A stretch of 64,000 nt of DNA, from positions 13,347 through 77,346 of the forward strand of contig DASWIC010000296.1 of NCBI GenBank assembly GCA_036397875.1, written 5' to 3'. Shown in pieces: positions 12,611 through 24,992 of this stretch (its first letter is position 1; each line of letters starts with the position of its first letter). The notes beneath the pieces were generated by a model that was given only the letters and a program-made list of their open reading frames with translations, was not told where the DNA came from and searched no databases. The position numbers and the translations under genes were made by a program. The stretch is from Burkholderiales bacterium. Lineage in GTDB: Bacteria > Pseudomonadota > Gammaproteobacteria > Burkholderiales > SG8-41.

Positions 12611-13137
12611 TTTTTTGCCTCCTGTTCATCCTGCAGCAACAGCAAGCGTTCTTCTTCCTTCCAGTCGTTGCCGCTGTCCTGAATCAGCTCCTTCAGCTTC
12701 ACCGCCGATTCGGTGATGTCGATGACGCGCCCGAAGTTCTGCCCCATGAAGTCCCCCATCTTGACCCGGTATAGATTGTTGTCCGGAGTCTTGATCAGCG
12801 CGAAGTTCTCCTGCTTCTGGGAGAGCGATCCCACCATCTTCAGGTTTTCCAGCGGAAATGCCTCCAGCGGCCCTTTGCGGCGGTCGTCGGGAGGAAGCCT
12901 GGGGTCCCGCTTGGCGGACCTGGGCGGCTCGATCTTGCGCGCTACGAACGGATCGAGGAGATCGAACGCCGCATATTCGAACGGCTCGTAGGGTTTGACT
13001 TCCGGCAGCGGGGGAATGCGGCCGCGCGGCATGTTGTCCGAATCCCTGACGAATTGACGGAGATCCGAATGCTGCTCGCCGCTGCATGCCACGAGCGCGA
13101 CGCAAGCAAGCGCGCCGATGAAGAGATGTCGCCTCAT
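12607..13137 (-). CDS. pilP: type IV pilus assembly lipoprotein PilP
   Basis: 176 aa. Lipobox LVACSG. Position between pilO and pilQ, with ATGA overlaps on both sides. Confidence 0.85.
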   Translation of the reverse strand: MRRHLFIGALACVALVACSGEQHSDLRQFVRDSDNMPRGRIPPLPEVKPYEPFEYAAFDLLDPFVARKIEPPRSAKRDPRLPPDDRRKGPLEAFPLENLKMVGSLSQKQENFALIKTPDNNLYRVKMGDFMGQNFGRVIDITESAVKLKELIQDSGNDWKEEERLLLLQDEQEAKK

Positions 13138-13778
13138 CGTTTCCTGCCGGCTTTCTTGGCAGAGGCGGCCCTTCTCTGCTGTGCCAGCTCCTCGTCATCG
13201 AGATAGCGGAAGGTCTTGGCCAGCGCGTCCATCACGAGGCCGCCACCCTTGCCCGCTTTGGTCAGCGCGATGTTTTCCAGCGTGACGATCCGGGAAAGCT
13301 TGCCAATGTCGCTCGCGAACGCACCGATATCATGGTAGTTGCCGGTGACCTTGATCGAGATCGGCAGCTCCGCGTAGAACTCGCGCCGGGTTTCCTGCGC
13401 GGCGGGTTTGAACAGCTCGAACTGCAGGCCGCGCCCCAGGCCGGCCTGATTGACGTCGGTCAACAACGCGTCCATCTCGGCCCTGCCCGGCAGCTGCTTC
13501 AACAGCGCCCCAAACTGCTTCTCGATGTCCTCCAGCTGCTTCTGGTAGGCCGGCAGGTTGATCGCCTCGCTCTTCTTGGTGAGAAACGTCTTGCGCAGGC
13601 CCTCTTCCTTCACTTTCTCCTGATTGATGCCCTCGATCTGGTGCTGCCAGTCAAACCACCAGCTCGCCGCCACGATCAGGACGAGCGTGATGAACAGCAC
13701 CCCTAGCTTGGGCAGGATGGGCCAGCTGCCGATCTTCTTCGGATCGAGCCGCCTCAGGTCGCTCAGTGTCATCGCCAT
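13134..13778 (-). CDS. pilO: type IV pilus assembly protein PilO
   Basis: 214 aa. Single N-terminal TM helix followed by a coiled coil. Operon position. Confidence 0.85.
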   Translation of the reverse strand: MAMTLSDLRRLDPKKIGSWPILPKLGVLFITLVLIVAASWWFDWQHQIEGINQEKVKEEGLRKTFLTKKSEAINLPAYQKQLEDIEKQFGALLKQLPGRAEMDALLTDVNQAGLGRGLQFELFKPAAQETRREFYAELPISIKVTGNYHDIGAFASDIGKLSRIVTLENIALTKAGKGGGLVMDALAKTFRYLDDEELAQQRRAASAKKAGRKR

Positions 13779-13785
13779 GTCGGCC

Positions 13786-14379
13786 TCACTTCTTCGCCGG
13801 CGGCTTCCGCGCCGCCTTCCCGGGGGCTTCCTCGGTCTTGGCGCGCGTGATGTTGATGTTCATGATGAATTCATTGACGCGCTGGCGGTTCTGCTGCACC
13901 GCCTTGATCTCCACCAGCCCGGGCTTTTCCAGCTGCGGCGAAGACTCAAGGTTACGCATGAGCGTGGACACCCTCGCCTGCGACTCGGTAAGGCCGGTAA
14001 TGGTCACACGCGAGCCGGTCTGCTTCAGCGCCTTCAGATAGACGCCGTCGGGCAGCTGGCGGACCAGTTGATCGAGCAGGTGCACCACCTCGGCGCGGTT
14101 GCTCTGCAGGGTTTCCACCACCCGCTTGCGCGCCAGCAGCGCCGCGGTCTGCTCCTTGAGCTTCTGAATTTCGGCGATTTGCTTGTCGAGCTTGACGATC
14201 TCGTCCTGGAGGTACTTGTTGCGGGCCTGCTGCGTCTGGAGTTGCTCGTCGAGATAGCTGCGCACGACGAACCAGACCGCGCCCCCGAGCACGACCACGA
14301 AGGCAAGGAGGACGAAGAATTGCTGCTGCTGCTGTTTGCGCCGGACCTCGCGATGCGGCAACAGGTTGATGCGGATCAC
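13786..14379 (-). CDS. pilN: type IV pilus assembly protein PilN
   Basis: 197 aa. The conserved N-terminus MIRINLLPHRE binds PilM. GTGA overlap with the pilM stop. Confidence 0.85.
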   Translation of the reverse strand: MIRINLLPHREVRRKQQQQQFFVLLAFVVVLGGAVWFVVRSYLDEQLQTQQARNKYLQDEIVKLDKQIAEIQKLKEQTAALLARKRVVETLQSNRAEVVHLLDQLVRQLPDGVYLKALKQTGSRVTITGLTESQARVSTLMRNLESSPQLEKPGLVEIKAVQQNRQRVNEFIMNINITRAKTEEAPGKAARKPPAKK

Positions 14380-15482
14380 GGGTCAAACCTCCGCATGGCG
14401 AGGCCGCACGCGACCATGAGCGAGGGGGCATCCTGCGTCAGGCTCTTCGGGCGGATTTTCGACGACAAGGTCATGTTGACGAAGGGGTTGGCGACGATCG
14501 TGTTGACCTGGACGCGCTTCCCGACGGTCTCGTCGGCGCCCGGGATGGCCGCGCAGCCGCCGGAGAGCACAACATGGTGGATCTGGTTATGCTGGGTCGA
14601 GGTGAAGAAGAACTGCAGCGCACGCGCGACCTCCAGCCCCATCATGTCCATGAAGGGCTGCAATACGTCGGACTCGTAGTTTTCCGGCAGCCCGCCGGCG
14701 CGCTTGGCTGCTTCTGCTTCCTCCGGCGACAGGCCGAACTTGTTCTGGATTTCCTGCGTCAGCTGATTGCCGCCGAACGGCTGCTCACGCATGTAGATGG
14801 ACTGGTCGTTGCGCAGCACATTGACGGCCATGATGCTGGAGCCGACGTCCACCACCGCGATGTTCTGGTCCTTGCCCCGGTCCGGGAACTGGTTCTCGAT
14901 CAGCTCGAATGCGGTCTGCGCGGCGAACATGTCTACGTCCATCACCGTCGCCTTGAGCCCCGCCGATTCGGCCACGGCCAGCCGGTCGATGATCTTCTCC
15001 TTGCGCGAGGCGGCAATCAGCACCTCGATGTCGTCGGAGCTGTTCGGCGCCGGGCCCAGCACCTGAAAGTCCAGGTTGACCTCGTCGAGAGCGAACGGAA
15101 TGTACTGGTTGGCCTCGGTTTCCACCTGCAGCTCGAGATCGTCCTCGGTCTGGCCGGCCGGCACCATGATTTTCTTGCTGATCACGGCGGCATTGGGCAG
15201 GGCGAGCGCAAGGTTCTTGATGTTGCTGCCGAGGCGCTTGTGGCAGCGCTTGAGCGCGTCGCTTACCGCATCGAGATTGTTGATGTTCCCCTCGACCACC
15301 GAATCCTTGGGCAGCGGCTCGATCGCGTAGCGTTCGACGCGGTATATGCCTTTGCCGGGCTCGCCGATTTCCACCATCTTGATGGCGGACGAACTGATGT
15401 CGACCCCGATCAAAGGTGGCATCTTGGCCTTGAACAGGCCCTCCAGCGCCGCGAGGTTTAAACTAAAATTTCCTTTGAACAT
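14376..15482 (-). CDS. pilM: type IV pilus assembly ATPase-fold protein PilM
   Basis: 368 aa actin-like fold (GVDISSSAIKMVE, VVDVGSS). First gene of pilMNOPQ. Confidence 0.9.
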   Translation of the reverse strand: MFKGNFSLNLAALEGLFKAKMPPLIGVDISSSAIKMVEIGEPGKGIYRVERYAIEPLPKDSVVEGNINNLDAVSDALKRCHKRLGSNIKNLALALPNAAVISKKIMVPAGQTEDDLELQVETEANQYIPFALDEVNLDFQVLGPAPNSSDDIEVLIAASRKEKIIDRLAVAESAGLKATVMDVDMFAAQTAFELIENQFPDRGKDQNIAVVDVGSSIMAVNVLRNDQSIYMREQPFGGNQLTQEIQNKFGLSPEEAEAAKRAGGLPENYESDVLQPFMDMMGLEVARALQFFFTSTQHNQIHHVVLSGGCAAIPGADETVGKRVQVNTIVANPFVNMTLSSKIRPKSLTQDAPSLMVACGLAMRRFDP

Positions 15483-15719
15483 AAGTCAATGGGGACACAA
15501 TCCCACAGTTTACATGAAATGCTAGCAACAACTACTTTGGCTGTAAAGCGTTTTGGCCTATTTTAGTGCCCGCAGGGAACCCAGCCTATAATGGACGGAC
15601 AGTGAATATAGCTTACATTGCAGGACGTTCCCGCACTGTGCCGAGTTTCACGAATGCAAAGCCAGCCACGCCCGCCTGTTGCAATTGCGCAACATCTTTA
15701 ATTTAAGCGCCTCATTTTC
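15483..15719. promoter_or_regulatory. divergent pilM / mrcA control region
   Basis: A 237-bp intergenic region that is AT-richer than its surroundings and lies between divergent genes. Perfect TATAAT at 15587-15592 (+), with only a weak -35. GCAATTGC palindrome at about 15683-15690. Confidence 0.4.
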
Positions 15720-18041
15720 ATGTCGAATCGCTGGTGGCCACTCTCGATCGTGGTGACGATTTCAGCGGCGCTCGCGAGCGCCCTGCTGATCGCCTTTGCT
15801 GCGGCCATTATCTATCCGAGCCTGCCGTCGCTCGACGCGCTCACGGATTATCAGCCGAAAATCCCGCTGCGGGTGTATAGCGCCGACGGGAAGCTGATCG
15901 CCGAGTTCGGGGAGGAGCGGCGGGCGCTGGTGCAGATGGCGGATGTTCCCCGGCCGCTGACCCAAGCCATCCTGGCTGCCGAGGACGAGCGTTTCTATCA
16001 GCACAGCGGTGTCGACTACGTGGGTGTCGCGCGCGCCGCGCTCTCCAATTTCATCTCCGGGGGCGTGCGCCAGGGTGCGTCAACCATCACCATGCAGGTC
16101 GCGCGCAACTTCTTCCTGTCAAAGGAGAGGACGCTCGCCCGCAAGTTCAACGAAGTCCTGCTCGCGTTCAAGATCGAATCCAATCTGCGCAAGGATCAGA
16201 TCCTCGAGCTTTATGTCAACCAGATCTATCTCGGTCAACGCACGTATGGTTTCGCCGCCGCCGCCCAGACCTATTTTGGCAAACGGCTCTCCGAGCTCAG
16301 CCTGGCGGAGTCGGCGATGCTCGCCGGGCTGCCGAAGGCCCCTTCGCGCTACAACCCGATTGCGAATTTCAAACGCGCGAAGCTGAGGCAGCAGTATGTG
16401 CTGCGCCGGATGCGAGACCTGCAGATAATCTCCGAGGAGGAGTTCGGGGCTGCCGACCAGCAGGTCATCGCGGTGAAGAAGGAGGTCAACGAATTCCCCG
16501 TCCGCGCCGAGCACTTTGCCGAGATGGTGCGTCAGTTTCTCTATGAGCGCTATCAGGAACAAACCTACGCGCGGGGCCTACGCGTTTACACCACCCTGCG
16601 CGCTTCCCACCAGGAGGTGGCGTACGCGGCGATGCGCTACGGCGTCCAGGAGTATGACAAGCGTCACGGCTACCGCGGGCCAGAGGGCTACGTCGAATTG
16701 CCGGAGAAGCCGACCGAGGAAGCGCTTGAGGACGCGTTGCAGGAGACAAGCGACAGCGACGAAATCTACGCCGCCCTCGTGGTGGAAGCGAGCCCCCGGA
16801 AAGTGCGGGCGTATCGCCGAGGCGGAGATTGGGTGGAGATCAAGGACGAGGGGCTCAAGTTTGCATCCCGCCTCCTGGGGGCAAAAGTGAGCCCCGGCCA
16901 GCGCATCCGCCGCGGCGCCATCATCCGCGTGCGGAAGGACGAGAAAGGGCGGTGGCAGATCACCCAGCTGCCGGCGGTCGAGTCCTCGATCGTTTCCATG
17001 GATCCGCGCGACGGGGCGATACGGGCGCTGGTTGGAGGCTTCGATTTCGGCCGTAACCAGTACAACCACGTCACCCAGGCGCTGCGCCAGCCGGGATCGA
17101 GCTTCAAGCCGTTCATCTACTCCGCGGCTCTCGAGAAAGGATTCACCGTGGCGACCGTCATCAACGACGCGCCGCTCACGTTCACCGCCGCGCAGACCGG
17201 TTCGGAACCGTGGGAGCCGAGGAACTTCGACGGCAAGTTCGAGGGACCGATGCGGCTGCGCACCGCGCTTGCCAAGTCGAAAAACCTGGTGTCGGTGCGC
17301 ATACTCCAGGCGATTACGCCACAGTATGCGCAGGATTATGTCGCCCGCTTCGGGTTCGATCCCAAGCTGCACCCACCGTTTCTCACCATGGCGCTGGGCG
17401 CCGGCAACGCAACCCCGATGCAGATGATCACCGCCTACGCCGTTTTCGCCAACGGCGGCTACCGCGTGGTGCCCTATTTCATCGAGCGGGTGGAGGACGC
17501 CAAGGGCAACGTGCTGATGGCGGCGCAACCCGCGGCGGCGGGCGCGGGCGCGGAACGCGTCATCGACGCCCGCAATGCCTACATCATGACCACCATCATG
17601 CGCGACGTGATGCGCACCGGCACCGGTGCCCGCGCCCTGAAGCTCGGTCGCGACGACCTTGCGGGCAAGACCGGCACGACCAACGAATTCGTGGATGCGT
17701 GGTTCTGTGGTTTTGTCCCCGAGCTGGTAACGGTAGCCTGGATCGGCTTCGACACGCCCCACTCCCTCGGGCGCAATGAGACCGGCGCGCAGGCTGCGCT
17801 GCCGATCTGGATGGCCTACATGGGCACGGTGCTCGAGGGCATCCCGGAACAGCCGCTTGCGCCGCCCGACGGGGTGGTTGCCCTGTACGTCAATCCGGAC
17901 ACGGGGCTGCGAGTCGCCGACGCGCAGGCGGGGGTTGTCGATTTCTTCTACCAGGAATTCCCGCCGCCGGCGCAGGAGACACTGATCGGCGGCGTGCTTA
18001 GCGGTGAACGCCCGGAAGACGTGCGGAACCAGCTGTTCTAG
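15720..18041 (+). CDS. mrcA: penicillin-binding protein 1A (bifunctional transglycosylase/transpeptidase)
   Basis: 773 aa. GT51 motifs EDERFYQHSGVD and RQGASTITMQ. Transpeptidase motifs SSFKP (SxxK), SKN and KTGTT. Confidence 0.95.
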   Translation: MSNRWWPLSIVVTISAALASALLIAFAAAIIYPSLPSLDALTDYQPKIPLRVYSADGKLIAEFGEERRALVQMADVPRPLTQAILAAEDERFYQHSGVDYVGVARAALSNFISGGVRQGASTITMQVARNFFLSKERTLARKFNEVLLAFKIESNLRKDQILELYVNQIYLGQRTYGFAAAAQTYFGKRLSELSLAESAMLAGLPKAPSRYNPIANFKRAKLRQQYVLRRMRDLQIISEEEFGAADQQVIAVKKEVNEFPVRAEHFAEMVRQFLYERYQEQTYARGLRVYTTLRASHQEVAYAAMRYGVQEYDKRHGYRGPEGYVELPEKPTEEALEDALQETSDSDEIYAALVVEASPRKVRAYRRGGDWVEIKDEGLKFASRLLGAKVSPGQRIRRGAIIRVRKDEKGRWQITQLPAVESSIVSMDPRDGAIRALVGGFDFGRNQYNHVTQALRQPGSSFKPFIYSAALEKGFTVATVINDAPLTFTAAQTGSEPWEPRNFDGKFEGPMRLRTALAKSKNLVSVRILQAITPQYAQDYVARFGFDPKLHPPFLTMALGAGNATPMQMITAYAVFANGGYRVVPYFIERVEDAKGNVLMAAQPAAAGAGAERVIDARNAYIMTTIMRDVMRTGTGARALKLGRDDLAGKTGTTNEFVDAWFCGFVPELVTVAWIGFDTPHSLGRNETGAQAALPIWMAYMGTVLEGIPEQPLAPPDGVVALYVNPDTGLRVADAQAGVVDFFYQEFPPPAQETLIGGVLSGERPEDVRNQLF

Positions 18042-18049
18042 AGCCGGCG

Positions 18050-18652
18050 ATGCCCAAGGACACCGGCCGCAACGATCGCCGCAGCCGCATCGCGTACCTG
18101 GCAGCACGGCTGATGGCGGAGGACGGCATCGAGGACTACGCGCTTGCCAAGCGCAAAGCTGCGCGGCAGGCCGGCATGCCGGACACGCGCGAGCTGCCGG
18201 CGAACGAGGAGATCGACGAGGCGCTGCGGACCTACCAGCAGATCTATCGCCCGGAAGAGCACCTCAACCGGTTGCGCGCGCTGCGCGAGACCGCGGCACG
18301 GGCGATGCGGGTGCTCGCCCGGTTCAATCCACACTTGACGGGCTCAGTCCTGAACGGCAATGCCGGCAAGTACGCCGACGTCAACTTGCAGCTCTTCACC
18401 GACAACGAGAAGGCAGTTGAGCATTATCTGATCGACCAGGGCATTCCCTACAGGACCGCGCAGAGCCGATTGTATTTCGCGGACGGGATGCGCACGGTGC
18501 CGGTCTACACTGTCAGCGATCACGGCATCGATATCGAGCTGACGGTGCTCTCGACGTTCGATCTGCGCGGGCCGCTCCGCGCCAGCCCGGAGGGCAGGAG
18601 CATTGACCGTGCCAAGCTGACCACGGTCGAGCAATTACTTGCGGAGACCTGA
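18050..18652 (+). CDS. conserved hypothetical protein (degenerate minimal nucleotidyltransferase-like motif)
   Basis: 200 aa with good GC3 coding bias. Starts 8 nt after the mrcA stop. TGS-x10-DVNL resembles the pol-beta NTase signature, but the second acidic residue is Asn. Confidence 0.6.
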   Translation: MPKDTGRNDRRSRIAYLAARLMAEDGIEDYALAKRKAARQAGMPDTRELPANEEIDEALRTYQQIYRPEEHLNRLRALRETAARAMRVLARFNPHLTGSVLNGNAGKYADVNLQLFTDNEKAVEHYLIDQGIPYRTAQSRLYFADGMRTVPVYTVSDHGIDIELTVLSTFDLRGPLRASPEGRSIDRAKLTTVEQLLAET

Positions 18653-18711
18653 CCGAGAAAGCGGCGCACCTCCGCCGGCGCGCCAGCCTCGCAACTCCTG
18701 CCGAAACCTGA

Positions 18712-19904
<1,193 letters not shown>

Positions 19905-20084
19905 TCCGCGGTCCGGTGATGGCTGGCGCGCACCTGACCGTGGCGGGGATGTTCCAGAGGCTACCCGTTGGCGGCCAAATGTCGTCTAGGTCTTTGTTAT
20001 CGTGAACGAAACTGGCGTGCGCAGCGGGGCGTGCTGTAGAATGGCGTCTCACTCCAAAAAATCGCGGTAAACAAAGTACTCGGC

Positions 20085-20720
20085 ATGAAATCCCGGTGGC
20101 TGCTAGCGCTTGGCGCTGGCGCGCTCATTCCTGCAGTGGTCTGGGCCCAGGGCCTTTCCCGCGCGGATCCCGATTCGGCGCGCCCGATCGTGACCCAGGT
20201 ATGCGCGTCCTGTCACGCCGAAGACGGGAACAGCGCGCTCCCCGTCAATCCCGTGCTGGCTGGCCAGCACGCCGACTACACGTTCAAGCAGCTCATGAAC
20301 TTCAAGCCGCAGGACGGCAAGCCTGCGGAGCGGCCGAACGCGGTGATGGCAGGCATGATCGCGAATCTTTCGGTCGGCGACCTGCGCAATCTCGCGGCCT
20401 ATTTCGAGGGCCAAAGGCTCACGCCGCGCGCGGCGCGCGACCCGGAGCTCGCCCGGCTCGGTCAGTCGATCTATCGCGGCGGCATTGCGGCACGGAACGT
20501 GGCCGCCTGCACTGCCTGCCATGGCCCGAATGGCAGCGGCATCCCTGCCCAGTTTCCTCGGCTCGCTGGGCAATTCGCGGAGTACACCGCCGCCCAGCTG
20601 CGTGCATTTCGCGGCGGTGAGCGCACCAACGATCCGAATCGCATGATGCGCGCCGTGGCGGAGAAGCTCTCGGACCGGGAAATCGTGGCGGTAGCCGAGT
20701 ATATCGCCGGGTTGCGCTGA
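20085..20720 (+). CDS. dihaem cytochrome c4
   Basis: 211 aa. Signal peptide, two CxxCH motifs (CASCH, CTACH) and two Met-ligand regions (MAGM, MMRAV). Confidence 0.9.
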   Translation: MKSRWLLALGAGALIPAVVWAQGLSRADPDSARPIVTQVCASCHAEDGNSALPVNPVLAGQHADYTFKQLMNFKPQDGKPAERPNAVMAGMIANLSVGDLRNLAAYFEGQRLTPRAARDPELARLGQSIYRGGIAARNVAACTACHGPNGSGIPAQFPRLAGQFAEYTAAQLRAFRGGERTNDPNRMMRAVAEKLSDREIVAVAEYIAGLR

Positions 20721-20756
20721 TCCCCGCCCGCGGCCGGCACGGCTCCCGGGGGCGCG

Positions 20757-22040
20757 TCAGGAACGCACGGCCGCAAAGGCCTGGTTCGCGGCGCTGATCG
20801 TGCGCCCGATCTCCGCCTCACCGTGTGCCGAGGAGACGAATCCAGCCTCGTACGCCGAAGGCGCGAGATAAATGCCTGCGGCAAGCATTCCGTGGAAGAA
20901 ACGGCCGAAGCTTTCCCGGTCGCATTGCAGGACTTCGGCGAAGGTCTCAGGCGGCGTCGCGCGAAAGAAGATGCCGAACATGCCACCGATGCCCGCCGCA
21001 GAGAATGGCACGCCGTGCTCCTGAGCGGCACGGGTGAGGCCCGCGCACAGCGCGCGCGTCGTCGCCGCGAGCCGATCATAGAACCCCGGCGCCTGCACCA
21101 GTTTGAGCGTCGCAAGCCCCGCGGCCACTGCGACCGGATTGCCGGAGAGCGTGCCCGCCTGGTATACCGGCCCGAGGGGCGCAATCGCGCGCATGATGTC
21201 GCGGCGCCCCCCAAAGGCGCCGACCGGCAGCCCGCCGCCGATGACCTTGCCGAGCGTGGTGAGGTCGGGCGTGACCCCATAGAGCGCCTGCGCGCCGCCG
21301 AGCGCAACGCGAAAGCCGGTCATCACCTCGTCGAAAATCAGGACGGCACCGTGGCGCGTGCAGAGACTGCGCAATGACTCGAGAAACTCCGGACGCGGCG
21401 CGACCAGATTCATGTTGCCGGCAACGGGTTCCACGATGACCGCTGCGATCGCAGTCCCCTCCCGCGCGAACGTTTCCTCCAGGGCGCTCTCGCTGTTGTA
21501 CGCCAGGACCAGGGTGTCGGCGGCGGCTGAGGGAGGCACGCCCGCCGAGGACGGCTGTCCGAAGGTGAGCGCACCGGATCCCGCCTTCACCAGCAGCGCG
21601 TCGACGTGACCGTGATAACAGCCCTCGAACTTGATGATCTTCTGCCTGCCGGTATGTCCCCGCGCGAGGCGGATCGCGCTCATGGTCGCCTCGGTCCCGG
21701 AGCTCGTGAGCCGCACCTGCTCGAGGGAGGGCACGATCCGGCACAGCATTTCAGCCAACTCGACTTCCTGCTCGGTGGGCGCGCCGAAGGAGAGCCCGCG
21801 TTCGGCCGCCTGCCGCGCGGCACTCACGACATCCGGATGCGCGTGGCCGACGATGAGCGGGCCCCACGAACCGACGTAGTCGACATAGGCCCGGCCGTCC
21901 GCGTCCCACACCTGTGCGCCCCGGCCGCGCTGAATGAAGGGCGGTGTGCCGCCCACTGAACCGAACGCGCGCACGGGCGAGTTGACGCCAGCCGGAATGA
22001 CGAGCTGCGCGCGCTGGAACAGCTTCTGGCTGCGATTCAT
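20757..22040 (-). CDS. hemL: glutamate-1-semialdehyde 2,1-aminomutase
   Basis: 427 aa class-III aminotransferase. N-terminus [23 protein letters not shown] and PLP-Lys region [18 protein letters not shown]. Confidence 0.95.
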   Translation of the reverse strand: MNRSQKLFQRAQLVIPAGVNSPVRAFGSVGGTPPFIQRGRGAQVWDADGRAYVDYVGSWGPLIVGHAHPDVVSAARQAAERGLSFGAPTEQEVELAEMLCRIVPSLEQVRLTSSGTEATMSAIRLARGHTGRQKIIKFEGCYHGHVDALLVKAGSGALTFGQPSSAGVPPSAAADTLVLAYNSESALEETFAREGTAIAAVIVEPVAGNMNLVAPRPEFLESLRSLCTRHGAVLIFDEVMTGFRVALGGAQALYGVTPDLTTLGKVIGGGLPVGAFGGRRDIMRAIAPLGPVYQAGTLSGNPVAVAAGLATLKLVQAPGFYDRLAATTRALCAGLTRAAQEHGVPFSAAGIGGMFGIFFRATPPETFAEVLQCDRESFGRFFHGMLAAGIYLAPSAYEAGFVSSAHGEAEIGRTISAANQAFAAVRS

Positions 22041-22049
22041 CTTGCCCGG

Positions 22050-22697
22050 TCAGGAATGACGCGTTGCCAGCTCGCGTCGCGTAAACAGCGCGCTGAAACG
22101 GCGCGCCGCAGCCCTGACGTCGTCCGCTCCGAACAGAGCGGAGATGACGGCAACGCTATCGGCGCCTGCCGCGATCACTTGCGGCGCATTCTCAAGCGTA
22201 ATGCCGCCGATGGCCACGACGGGCACCGACAGGCGCCGCTTGGCGTCGCGCAGCAGGGTGAGGGACGCACGCACCGCTCCGGGCTTCACGCCGGAAGGAA
22301 AAAAACTTCCGAACGCGACGTAATCGGCGCCGAGACGCTCAGCTTCGAGCGCGAGCTCGAGCCGATCGTAGCAGGAGGCGCCGAGGATGCGTGCCGGCCC
22401 GAGCTGCTCGCGCGCCGTGGCGAGTGAACCGTCTTCCGCGCCGAGGTGGACACCGTCCGCGCCCACGGTGAGGGCGAGATCGAGATGGTCGTTGACGATG
22501 AGCGGAACCCGCGACCTCCGGCACAGCGCGAGCAGGGCCCGCGCCTGCGCGAGTCTCAAAGCCGATGTAGCCGGCTTGTTGCGATATTGCAGCAGGCGCG
22601 CGCCGCCGCTGAGCGCCGCTTGCGCTGTCGTGATGAGCTCCGGCACGTCGGTGAGGTCGGGCGTGACGGCGTACAGGCCCGCGATCTCGCGCTTCAC
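22050..22697 (-). CDS. thiE: thiamine-phosphate synthase
   Basis: 215 aa. LYAVTPD, LQYRNK, GVHLG and IAIGGI motifs. GTG start. Confidence 0.9.
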   Translation of the reverse strand: MKREIAGLYAVTPDLTDVPELITTAQAALSGGARLLQYRNKPATSALRLAQARALLALCRRSRVPLIVNDHLDLALTVGADGVHLGAEDGSLATAREQLGPARILGASCYDRLELALEAERLGADYVAFGSFFPSGVKPGAVRASLTLLRDAKRRLSVPVVAIGGITLENAPQVIAAGADSVAVISALFGADDVRAAARRFSALFTRRELATRHS

Positions 22698-22707
22698 GTC
22701 CTACCTT

Positions 22708-23541
22708 TCACTTCCCACCGCCACCCGCCTCGCCTTCGTCGCGCGCCCAGAACAAGCGGTCCGGTATGTGCTGGCCCATGCCGGGACGGAATGCTGCCTT
22801 GAGCGTCTGCCAGGTGTACTCCTGCGCATCCTTGACCGCGTCACTCACCTCCAGACCGTTGGCGATGGTAGCGGCGATCGCGGCGGCCAGCGTGCACCCG
22901 GATCCGTGGTAGGAGCCCGGCAGGCGCGGCCAGCTGTCGCTGCGCACCACCCCGTCCGGGCCGTAGAGGATGTTCACGACCTGGGACGTGTTCTCGTGGG
23001 TGCCGGTCACGAGCACGTACTCGCACCCGGTCGCGATGATGCGCTTCGCGCACTCGGCGAGGTCGGGACCCTCGCCCTCCTCATTGTCCTCGCCTGCCAG
23101 CCGCCGCGCCTCGAGGCTATTGGGGGTCAGGATGGTGGTTTGCGGGATGAGGAGCTCCTTCAGCGCGCCCACCATCTCCTCGGTGACCAGCTCATCGCCG
23201 CGTCCGGAGGCGAGCACCGGGTCGAGCACCAGCGGTACCTCGGGATAATCGGACACCACCTCCGCGATGACCGCGATCTGCTCGAGGTTGCCCAGCAGGC
23301 CGATCTTGAAGGCGGCCACGGGCATGTCCTCCAGGACACAGCGCGCCTGGTCGGCGACCCACTCCGCGTCGATCGGGCTGACGTCGTCGACGCCCATCGA
23401 GTCCTGGATGGTGATGGCGGTCACCACCGACAACGGGTGGCAGCCCATGCTGGAGAGCGTCATGATGTCCGACTGCAATCCCGCCCCGCCGCTCGGATCA
23501 GTGGCGGCAAACACCAGGACGATGGGGGGGATGTCGGCCAT
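22708..23541 (-). CDS. thiD: hydroxymethylpyrimidine/phosphomethylpyrimidine kinase
   Basis: Ribokinase fold: [23 protein letters not shown]-like [15 protein letters not shown] at 23541 is preferred over the TTG at 23547 used by the ORF track. Confidence 0.92.
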   Translation of the reverse strand: MADIPPIVLVFAATDPSGGAGLQSDIMTLSSMGCHPLSVVTAITIQDSMGVDDVSPIDAEWVADQARCVLEDMPVAAFKIGLLGNLEQIAVIAEVVSDYPEVPLVLDPVLASGRGDELVTEEMVGALKELLIPQTTILTPNSLEARRLAGEDNEEGEGPDLAECAKRIIATGCEYVLVTGTHENTSQVVNILYGPDGVVRSDSWPRLPGSYHGSGCTLAAAIAATIANGLEVSDAVKDAQEYTWQTLKAAFRPGMGQHIPDRLFWARDEGEAGGGGK

Positions 23542-23627
23542 GCGCAAGGAGTTGGAGACGCCCGCGCGGTTGGTCGCGGCAGGACGATTCGATAGAATTC
23601 GATTCTAAACCAAAACTGCGAGCCTGC

Positions 23628-23812
23628 ATGACCATTGCCGAAGCGCGTATCTACAAGACGTATATGTGCCTCATCTGCGGCTTCATCTACGATGAGGGGG
23701 CAGGCCTGCCCGATGAAGGCATCGCGCCCGGCACCCGCTGGGAGGACGTGCCGGTCAACTGGACGTGCCCGGAGTGCGGCGCGCGCAAGGAAGACTTCGA
23801 GATGGTGGAGCT

Positions 23813-23816
<4 letters not shown>
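23628..23816 (+). CDS. rubredoxin
   Basis: 62 aa. Two CxxC pairs ([10 protein letters not shown] ... CPECG) and [11 protein letters not shown]. Confidence 0.93.
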
Positions 23817-24179
<363 letters not shown>

Positions 24180-24202
<23 letters not shown>

Positions 24203-24992
24203 CCGCGGCGTCCGCGAGGCGGACAAAATCCTCGAGGCGCAGGTCCTGCGCGCGCAAGCCGGCGTCCACGCCGAGTTTCTGGAAGTCCCCCGCACGGAAA
24301 TAGCCTTTCAACGCGTTGCGCAACGTCTTGCGCCGCCGCGCGAAGGCGGCCGCCACGATTTTCCCGAGAGCGGCTTCGTCGGCTGCGGGATGCGGCAGGC
24401 GCGCGTACGGCACCATGCGCACGACGGCGGACTCAACCTTGGGAACCGGACGGAACGCGTCAGCGGCGACGGCAAGTACCGGCTCCATTTGAAAGCGATA
24501 TTGCAGCATCACCGACAAACGCCCGTATTCGGAGGTTGAGGGCCGCGCGACCATGCGCTCCACGACCTCCTTCTGCAGCATGACGTGGATATCCTCGATC
24601 GCCGCGGCGTGCCGCGCGAGGTGGAACAACAGTGGCGTGGATATGTTATAGGGCAGATTGCCCACGACGCGCAGCCGCTGCCCGAGCGCGCTGAAATCAA
24701 AGCGCAACGCGTCGCCCTCGTGGACGGTGACGCGGCCGGCGGGGAACGCGGCGCGCAGGCGCGCGACGATGTCGCGGTCGATCTCGATCACGTGCAAATG
24801 CGCGAGAAGGCCGGCGAGCGGTCGCGTCAGCGCGCCGAGCCCCGGGCCGATCTCCACCATGTGATCGCCGGGCCGCGGCGCAATGGCTTCCACGATGGCG
24901 GCGATCGCCGCCTCGTCGATCAGGAAGTTCTGCCCGAAGCGCTTGCGGGGGATGTGGCGCATGACGGGACGCGTCCCCCGTGCGCGTCTCAC
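24180..24992 (-). CDS. rsmA: 16S rRNA (adenine1518/1519-N6) dimethyltransferase
   Basis: [10 protein letters not shown] and the SAM motif [11 protein letters not shown]. The start is GTG 24992 (GTGA overlap with the pdxA stop) or ATG 24962. Confidence 0.93.

Noticed and set aside
23548-23627. Possible TPP riboswitch upstream of thiD-thiE
   Set aside because: The spacer is only 80 nt. Read on the minus strand, it lacks the conserved CUGAGA and ACCUGAUCUGGAUAAUGCCAGCG-type elements. It contains only an AGAAT-TCG-ATTCT inverted repeat with TAGAAT-like -10 hexamers on both strands.
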